A stretch of 64,000 nt of DNA, from the NCBI RefSeq assembly GCF_009914755.1, contig NC_060928.1. One strand, given 5' to 3'. The notes below the pieces were generated by a model. It ran no database searches. It saw only the letters and a program-made list of their open reading frames with translations, and was not told where the DNA came from. Source of the stretch: the human T2T-CHM13v2.0 reference genome, Homo sapiens. The position numbers were made by a program, and so were the translations under genes. Positions 53,170-64,000 of this stretch are shown here, piece after piece; positions within the stretch are counted from its first letter, which is position 1, and each line of letters starts with the position of its first letter.

Positions 53170-54440
53170 TAATGAATACTTTTCAGTTATCTTTATTAGA
53201 CACTTCCTCTTTCTGGAAACTCTATTCTGTCTTGACTTCCTCAATATCATTCTCTCCAACTTTTCAGAGCACTCCTAAGTCATCTCTCTAAGTTTCTCTG
53301 ACTTCTCTAATCCTTTTATACCAATGTTCTTTAGCGTCCAATTCTTAGCTCCCTTTTCTTAAATTTTTTCCCCACACTCATGGCCTCGGCTATCACCGCT
53401 AATGATTCTTAAATCTCTATCTCCAGCATTAATCAATCTCTTGAAAACAAACCTCGGTGATGTGCTGCGTATCTCACCTTCATATCATATAGGCATCTCG
53501 AACTCAGATGTGGGCTTGTAAAAGGCTCAAAATTATACCACTGCACTCTTGCCCTTTCTGTCTTCATTCAAATGACAAGTTTCTATTAAGTGGAGCTAAA
53601 AAGAAAAGTAGAGCATGGAATCTGCCTTTTAGCTTACATTTGAAGAGATGAACTTAATTACAAAAAGAGGCGTTTATAATTCTATAGGAGATAGAAGAGG
53701 AAGGACTGAATTCTAGAAGGGGAAATGGAGAGAGGGCACGTAGTAGAGTCCAGGAAACATCTAAGGGTAAAGGACATTTAAGCTAGGAGTTTCCCAGATG
53801 ATTAGAGCCATTCTGAACAAAAGAAGTAATGTGTGCATGTAGTTGAGAAAGATTAGGGTAAATTCTTGTACCTCTTGATAATTTGGTGTGACTTTGCAGT
53901 GCACAGGAAGAAGGAAAGTGCAATGAGAGAGAGGCAGCCACCAGATCGTAAAGGTGTTTTATTTCCATCCAAAATAATCTGGACCTTATACTTTGGACAA
54001 CTTGACAATTAACTAAGTTTAATTAGAGGGTGCAGGACAACATCAGTTTTGTTTTTCAGATTATTCTCAGTATGGTAAAGAGGATGATCGGGGAGATGGA
54101 GCATTACACAATGAAGACAAGGACAGCGTAGGAGAATGTGTTAGCAGCCAGTTTAGCGATCATGAAACTCTGATTTAGGATGCTAGAATTGGAACACAGA
54201 GGAAGAACTGAAGTACATATATACTATTTTTTGAAAGTGAAATCAACAGATTCGGTAACCACTGAACCTGGAAGGTGATGGAAAGGGTAGAGTGTTGAGG
54301 GTGACCACCAAATGTCCAGGTTAGATGGTGTAAGGCAGAAGCCATTGAAAATTATGGAGAATATAGGAGGATAGAAATGTTTTGGGGAAATAAAATGAGC
54401 AAATATCATGGACTTAAAAAAAGTCACCTTGGAAATCAAA
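53170..54440. mobile_element. L2 fragments (+ about 53170-53580, - about 53590-54440)
   Basis: cttggacttcctc-like, aaatctctatctccagc, aggcatctcgaactcag (+); gaaatcaacagattcggtaacc, gagggtgaccaccaaatg (-). Confidence 0.55.
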
Positions 54441-54774
54441 GCTGAACTAGGGCCTCTTTTTTTCTAGAATCTGAACTATACCAACCCTTTTCCTTCTTAG
54501 GACAATAAGTTTTGGGTTTATCCTTATTGGTAGAACAGGTACATTAAAGACAGAGAAAGGGCATTGGAAAATATTTCAAAATTATCATTCTTATTGACTT
54601 CAAATGTAATATGTAATATTAGGTATGTTACTTAACCTTTCAGTTTCATTGTCTTATTTGCTAAAAGAGCAAAAAGATACCTACCTCACAGTGATTCTGA
54701 GAAGGTAAAATAAAATGGTGCATTTTAAAGCACAGAGGCAATATTTTTTCACTTAGAAGTCTCTTTAAAAATTA

Positions 54775-54996
<222 letters not shown>

Positions 54997-54999
54997 TTA

Positions 55000-55218
55000 T
55001 AATTATATATGTATATATAAAAAACACCACTATATATATATGTATATATATATAACCATATATATGTATGTATGTGTGTATATATATTGAGAGAGACAGA
55101 GATCCACATATGTATGTACACACACACACACACACATATATGCATATATATATATATGGTGTGGTGGGGTCTTGCACTGAGATCTCTGTCTATGTATATA
55201 TATGTGTGTGTGTATGTG
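55000..55218. repeat. Compound (TA)/(TG)/(CA) low-complexity microsatellite
   Basis: Interleaved TA, TG, GA and CA runs following the Alu monomer. Confidence 0.9.
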
Positions 55219-56614
55219 CCAAATGTTCCCCAGACATGTCTCCTATCTTTAAAATAAAATCATGCTCCTTATAACTCCTATATTTTAGCAACTCTCACAG
55301 AGAATAAATAATTTACTGGCATTGTTTTTCTGAGCTTGCTTGGTATATTCAGAGATTCAGCAATCAAGACTTACCTTACTGGGATGATTTGTGTCAACTA
55401 GATTTTTTTTAAAAGATAGTACTTACAGAAAACTAAACACCCTTTAAAGAACAAGCATTAAGAGTCTAAACCATTTTAATGAAAGCTCACATACATAAGA
55501 GGTGAATAACTGTAGCAGTTGGAATTTGAAAATGAGGTTTTCCTTACTTTGAGGATAGAGTCGTGAGAGGTGGAATGGCAAGAGCAGAGATGGCCAAATC
55601 CTGACTTGATATTTGGTAGGTCCAACTGATGAAATACTTTAAAATTGATGCCTAGCAGTAGAATTTGATGCAACAGAGTCCCAGGAAACCTGACAACAAA
55701 GAAATGATCATTTATAAAAAGCAAGATTGAGGAAAATTTTGGTATAAGATAAACAGCTCTAATGAGTTAAATTGCTCTAGAATTATTCCAGCCATTGGGC
55801 CCCTTATATGATTTACACAAAATTTGGTTTAGTTGATGTGGTTGTTTGAGTGATTTATGCTACTGATAATGAAAGCTTATAAATTTCTCTAAGGGAAGTA
55901 TAGATCTTTGTAGTAGACTGTTTTAGTTCACTTACAGAGTTCACTTCCACTAGCAGCAACTTAAGCCTTTTATATAAATTGGAAGAGCCTGCCCTTTCCA
56001 AACTCTTTCATGTACCCTTGATCAGCCATTGCAAACATGCCAGGATGAAACACAACTGGCAGAACTTTGGATCTAAACCACTGTCCCCATCTAATGTTAT
56101 CTAATGTGCTCAAAGGGCCTCCAAGAAAATGGAATTTTTCAGCAGTTGCTTTCAACTAAATGTTTATAGCAACATGAAAAATAGAGGAGAAAAAGATCAT
56201 GTTCCTGCATAAAATGAAATACATTAGAGACATAAATATTGATGAGATTTTATACAGGCATAAAAGCAGGTGAAATGATTGACAGAGGAAAGACATAATG
56301 AGACAAGAAGGGGCCTGAATGGCCCGAATTCAGGACCCTGTGTGAATTCACAATTCAAAAACAGAATAGAGGATGATGAGTTATCAATGTTAACTGAAGC
56401 CAAGAAAGAAGAATGTTTGGTTTTGAAGAGGAGATGACAAGCTGTGTTGAGGAGAAGTGGGATGAGGAGTATTTTAGAACTTGAACATATTTAAATGCTG
56501 ATGGGAAGGATGTGGTAGACATGACATGGAAAAGGAAAGAAGGAAAGTGGAATCCCAAAGCGGTCTGCTTTATTTGGGTTATATACATATATATCAATAC
56601 TTACCATATGAGAA

Positions 56615-58060
<1,446 letters not shown>

Positions 58061-58641
58061 CTCTAAGAATTTACTATGCAATAAAGGTGGAATTTAAATC
58101 AGTCTGAAAACATTTTCTGAATAAATATTTCTAGGATTACTGGAAAGCTATTTGGAAGAAAAAAATTTTATTTGTACCGAATTTTATGCAAATACATTTT
58201 AATAGATTAAATAGTACATGTTTATGGTCTTATTATGTAATACTCTTAGCAAATATAGGTAGATATATATTTAATTTAGGGATGAGTAAGATTTTTCTCT
58301 GCATTATCTCAAAAGAACAATCCATAGAAGGAAATATGGATAGATTTTTCTACAACAAATTGGAACTTTTAAAAAATATCAAACAACTTCAGTGTCTAGA
58401 GAAATAGAAACAAAATGGAAAACTGAGAAAACACTAACTGCAACATGCAAAAAAGATAAAGAATTGTGTCCTTCATACATAAGGAGCTCTTGTGAATTAA
58501 TAAGAGGAAATGAAAATATGATGACAGATAATTCTCAGCAAAAGAACTACAGGTGACCATTGAACAAATGAAAACCACATTCAACCTTTGTATTAGGTAA
58601 AAGGCATTCAAATGAAAATTAGTGAGGATGGGAAAAATGGT

Positions 58642-59132
58642 TGTTTCTTATCTATTTCTGTTTAACAGCTCACCCTAATTCTTAGCAGCTTACAACAAAC
58701 TCTTTCTGACAGTGATGGGTATGAGGAATCTGGGGACGGCTTAGTTGGGTGGTTCTGGCTCAAGGCTTCTCGTGAAGTTGCGGTCATCTCAAGGTTGGAC
58801 TGGAGTTGCAAGTTTGTCTTCAAGCTCATGTACACGGTTGTTGGCAAGTCTGAGTTCCTCTGGGTTGTTAGGCTGGGGACTTCAGCTCCTGGCGATGAGT
58901 TGTCCACCTTTTCAGTGGGCTGCCAACAACGCAGCACTGTGCTTCCCCCAGCTCAAGTGATTTGAGAAAGAGACAAGCAGCACATAAGACAGAAGCAGTC
59001 TTTTTATTACTGAAATCTGATGCCATAGCCCATCATTTCTGCCATATTCTGTTCACTAGAAGCAAATCACTATGTGCAGCCCACCCTGGAGAGGAGAGAA
59101 TCATTGCGGACCATCTTAAAGGCTGCCTAACA
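58642..59132 (-). mobile_element. MLT1 (F/G-like) MaLR solo LTR
   Basis: cttagcagcttacaacaa...ggcttagttgggtggttctggctca...catcatttctgccatattctgttcactagaagc...ccatcttaaaggctgccta. Confidence 0.82.
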
Positions 59133-59284
59133 ATAAGAACCTCCAACATGGCAGACAGCAATGAAACAGGGGGGAGAAGGTATTGTTTCTAGTTGTCTGG
59201 AGGGCAATTTGGCAACATATGCAAAACGTTTAACATCTCCTTGGTCCTTGCGGCATAGCAATGTTACCTCTAAGAAATAATGAA

Positions 59285-59664
<380 letters not shown>

Positions 59665-61609
59665 CTAAACGCCTAGTATGTAAGATAATTAAATAAATTA
59701 TTGCACATTCCAGGAATACAAAATTTGTAACTGTCAAACATATTTTTGAACAACTTTTAATAACAAGGGCAATTAATTGTAATTGATAGTTTTTGAGGGG
59801 ATGTATATGTTATATGATGATACATTTTGTAAAACTTAATGCATGCACATATGCATTGAAACCAATTTTGGAAGGATAGAATCCTAAATGTTGACAGTGA
59901 TTTCTTATGCATGGCAGTGTTGTGGGAACTTTTTGTTTTCATTTCAATCTTTTTCTTTATTTTCTAATTTTCCTATGCTGAGCCTATATTACACAAACAG
60001 AAACTATACCCAAGAAAAGAACTATAAAAATACATAAATAATGAATCAATTTTTTAAGAAATCAACAGAAAATGAACTTTGATAGAAATGATGTTGAGAC
60101 TATCTGCCAAAATATTATATAAAATATAATAATTTTAAAACTGTTATGATTCTTTTTCTATACTCAGTCTGAGAAAGCATGAGCTGAATGGCATTATTGT
60201 CCTAAGTATGCAATTATAAATGAAATTTGGGCTAAGGGGAGTGGGAGGTGGTTGCAAGAAAGGATGTCAATAGTCTAACTTTTGTTATTAAAAAATAAAT
60301 CATTATTTCTTCTTGGATTCCTAAAAAGCAGACAAATCATAGGTTCCTTGGTAGAGGATTACCCTTTTCAGCAGAACATGAATTAAGTGATTTAAGGGGT
60401 TGCTTCTGGTCTAAATATAGTGGCTTTGACCAATTTAATTGGAATTCTATGCAGTACTTTTATTTGTAAGAAAGGACGTTAGTTCAGGATATGTGGAGGT
60501 TGTTTAAATTCAATCTCTCAAGCCACTCTGAGTGTCTCTCCTTCTGTCAATGGCAGTGCTACACGGGGCCCAAGTGCAGCATGCCTCTTGGTGACTCTCA
60601 CAGTACTTTCTAAAAGCTCTTTATAATATTTTATTGCTGAGTACCTCCATTTATAAAGGAGGAATTTTGAAATAGAAGATATTTTTAAGACCATCTAATA
60701 TCATATAAGAATAAGTTGATTCAGATTTGAATTTATTAGCTTCAAGGAACCAAAAACTGAAAAAGGAATAGAAGCAGACGAATACATTCTTTAGCAGGGA
60801 CTGTGAAAAGCCCCTTAAGAAGTTCCATTATAGCATGCTCTTGTATGATACAAAGTTTAGGTTTCATCTGGCATTCCACAATTGCCCTGTTATGATGGCT
60901 TTTAGTAGCTGCCCTACTGTAATGTATCTTTGGAGAGTGTTTATTATATTTTAAAATTTGGATCTGAATCCATCTCCAAACTAAATGCTGACATTCACAA
61001 GGGCCTGATTGGCTCTCTCTCAGTCTGGAGAAAGCTCTTATTGTGGTCAACTCAACTGAGCCAACTATTAGCAATGTCAGAACCGTTCTGCAAAGCAGGG
61101 CAATACTTAGTTAAAGTGATTCATATTAGCTGAGCATGAGCAAAGAAATCTGAACAGGCTGTTTCAGAGTCCTGGACTGCCAATGAATCCATTGCTTTTG
61201 TGAACACAGTGGGAAAAAAAATCAGGGTTCATGCTCCTAAGGCTGTTCAGACTTCTTAGTAAACGTTTCACTGTGTCCCAAGGAGAAGACAGAGTGTTTT
61301 AATGTGGGGAATGGAACCTTTTGTGCTGTCTGTTCTGGAGAAAAGAATGTGGTTTCTAAAATATTACTTTTTGAACTTCCTGTACTGTATTTATACAATT
61401 CTGTCTCTTTAAAAGGCTAAATTGTGTTATGACTAAACTAGTCACTGATAGACCCAACTTGCTCTGTGAGAGAAGCGTTCTTTAACATATCAGAGCCGTT
61501 TCCTTTGTGTGGTGCATTCCTTCCCGAGTCTGTCACTCAGCAAGAGCCGTAGGAGCCATTTGTCCACTGACCAGGCAACACAATTTTTGTTCCACCTGCG
61601 AACGTGTTT

Positions 61610-61800
61610 ATGGGTTAGTGGTGAAAAGCTTGGGCATGGAGTGAGACAAAACTGGAATCTAGCCCTGGCTTTGAGTTCACTTCCCTGAGACTCAGTTTCC
61701 TCATTGTAACATAAAGAGAATAAGCAATACCTCTTGAGGCAGTTGTGAAGAATAGAGTGTGTGGATAGCATAATGTCTCATAATTGGTAATGGCTCAAAA
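61610..61800 (+). mobile_element. MIR
   Basis: gtggtgaaaagcttgggcatggagtgagac...ctgagactcagtttcctcatt...agttgtgaagaat. Confidence 0.7.
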
Positions 61801-62349
61801 AATTATAATATGAGATCAGACAGTCAGAATATTTTCTTTCATTTGGAAAATATGCTCAGTTGATTAAAATGCTTCAGTGAATTTTTGAACATTGGCGTAT
61901 GTTTAAGGCCATCTCCATATATGTTTTGTGAACTCAGAAAAAGATATCAGTGAGAATAGAAAGAACAGATAATGCAATATTTCCCTTTAAAAAACAAAAC
62001 AAAACAGTAACCCCTAGAACGAAATACATTTTACATTGTGACCTAGTCTGCAATACATATATAGGCCATATGTATAACTGAAATGAAAATTGAAAGAAAC
62101 CTTTCTTCTATGTGTGAGATACTCTGATACTTTATCTTCTCTTCCCTTCCCTTCTGGTCAGAATCAGCTACGTTGATTTTACACCCACTAATAGTGTATA
62201 AAGAACAACTTGAAAAAGATATTGACTCAAATGAGAGTAAATGAATTTATTACACAAATTTGTTTCACATCAGCTATTAAGTCTTATTTTACTTTGATAT
62301 TTCATAATTTTTAATTCCATTAATGAATGCCTCAGGGAAAGGTGAAAGA

Positions 62350-62510
62350 AACTAACAATTCATAAGTATACACTGTGTGTCAGATATTACCTATGCTGTT
62401 CTACATATATCTCCTCTTTTAACAGTCACAATAATCCTACTGTTACCCCATTTTACAGATAAAGAAATGAAAGTTGAAAGACATAAAGTATCTTACCCAA
62501 GAATTCAATC
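62350..62510 (-). mobile_element. MIR
   Basis: tcacaataatcct...ccccattttacagataaagaaatgaaag...cttacccaag. Confidence 0.65.
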
Positions 62511-64000
62511 CCATCTATTTTTTATTGTCCCTGAGTACAAGAGGCTAAATAAGCATAAACATCGATAACACTGACATGTCTGTTAGCTTTTACCTCTGGG
62601 CTGTTGTACCAAATAGTCATCCCTTTAAACTAAATTATGCATTTTTGACCACTTCAGAATAGAATTTGAGTTTAAATTACAACTCAAAAATAGGTTGGGG
62701 AAGATCACATATTAATTCTACAGAATTAATGAAACAGAACTCCCTGTTATGTGACTATTTTATTCTGTGAGTCTAATAGTTTTTTTTAATTTACCCTTAA
62801 AATACTTTTAAAAAATACAGTACAGGAACCTATATTCTCTTTTAGTTAAAAATAAACCAAACTTTGATAGTACAGTTATAAACCTAGAAGAATTTTAGTT
62901 TGATTCCAGTGTTTGAAAGCATGATCAAACTCCAAGTTTATTTTTTCATAGTTTTTTTTTCTCCTACAGATTCTTCTCCACAATGGATTAACCACAGACA
63001 TTTGAAGTCATACTGTTTAAATATCTTTGAATTATTTTTGTTTAAAAATGTCAATGGGTACGATAGGAAAAGTACATTTTTTTCCCTGTAACTTCAAAAC
63101 AACTGAACAGAACCTTTGGACTTAAACCAAGAATTGAATGTTTTAGCTTTAAGAAGATTTTCTTCTCTGAAAAGTAATGAATGAGTCTCTTTGCAAGTTT
63201 AACTATTTCAAGTATCAACTCTCTGACTTTCAGCATTCTTTGGTATTAAAAAAATGTTTCATGTATAAATAAACGTAAGTTTTTTTTCTCAGCTATCTCT
63301 CAAATCTCAAGTTACATAAACTTCAAATACACATAAAACGTTGATACAGATGAATTGCATAATGTTTTTAAATGTTTAAAATGTAGTGTTCCATTTTGTT
63401 AATGGCTTCTTTCAAGTTTGCATTAGTGAATGACAACCCTTAAGAATAGCCTGCAATGACCAGAGGAATGGGAAGGATGTCATTTTCTACTTGCTCTCCA
63501 TGGAAACTGAGAAGAGATCCATTACTGTGATACCCTTGGGGGAGCAGAGACGTGTCCAGGAACTTTAAGTGTAGTAGATTACCAAAAAATCACGTACAGG
63601 CTGTGGGAAACACTGGAGGTTGACTGAGATCCAGAGTTTCTCAACTTAGTGTTGGGGCAGTTGACACCTGGGGTCTCCATTCAGATCCTGAGAGGAATAT
63701 GAGGCAGACAGATCCATGTGTGCTCTCCGTTTTGGGTGTCAGATCTCACAGGGGTTTCCCAGGGGCTGTGCTGTGGCTCCCAGGACACAAGGCTTCCCAA
63801 ACTATAGAGGCTGTCACTGAGAGCAGCACAAGTCACTAAGGTACACACAACTCCTTGGGCCACAGTGCCTGGGAGGAAGACTTCTCAAATTTCATTTGTG
63901 AAAAACATGAACTAGGGGAGGATGTAAAATTTGTAAATGCAGATTTTAAATGGAAATGACTTTATAAAATCATTCTTAAAATTTGTAAGTATATACTGGC

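Noticed and set aside
62950-63062. Strong plus-strand acceptor ttttttttctcctacAG at 62969
   Set aside because: Only a weak downstream donor (TGG|GTACGA), so there is not enough support for an exon.

Overview
This is AT-rich human genomic DNA, either intronic or intergenic; a human-specific AluYa8 identifies the species. It is dominated by interspersed repeats: about 12 Alu-family elements spanning FAM to AluYa8, a TSD-flanked L1PA8-like LINE-1 with an internal deletion, old L1M, L2, L3/CR1 and MIR fragments, six solo LTRs (THE1, MST, MLT1, MER9/HERV-K HML-3), hAT-Charlie DNA transposons, a very pure 29-bp VNTR and microsatellites. I recognise no protein-coding gene, RNA gene or CRISPR array, and nearly all listed ORFs are repeat-derived or chance. 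The best leads are the likely polymorphic AluYa8 and VNTR, several splice-site-bounded exon candidates (notably 44184-44548 on the minus strand), a possibly decayed coding block at 13.9-15.8 kb and motif-dense enhancer candidates in TE-poor DNA. I found no convincing evidence of a novel biological system. Subfamily calls come from remembered consensus sequences, and boundaries of old elements are approximate.
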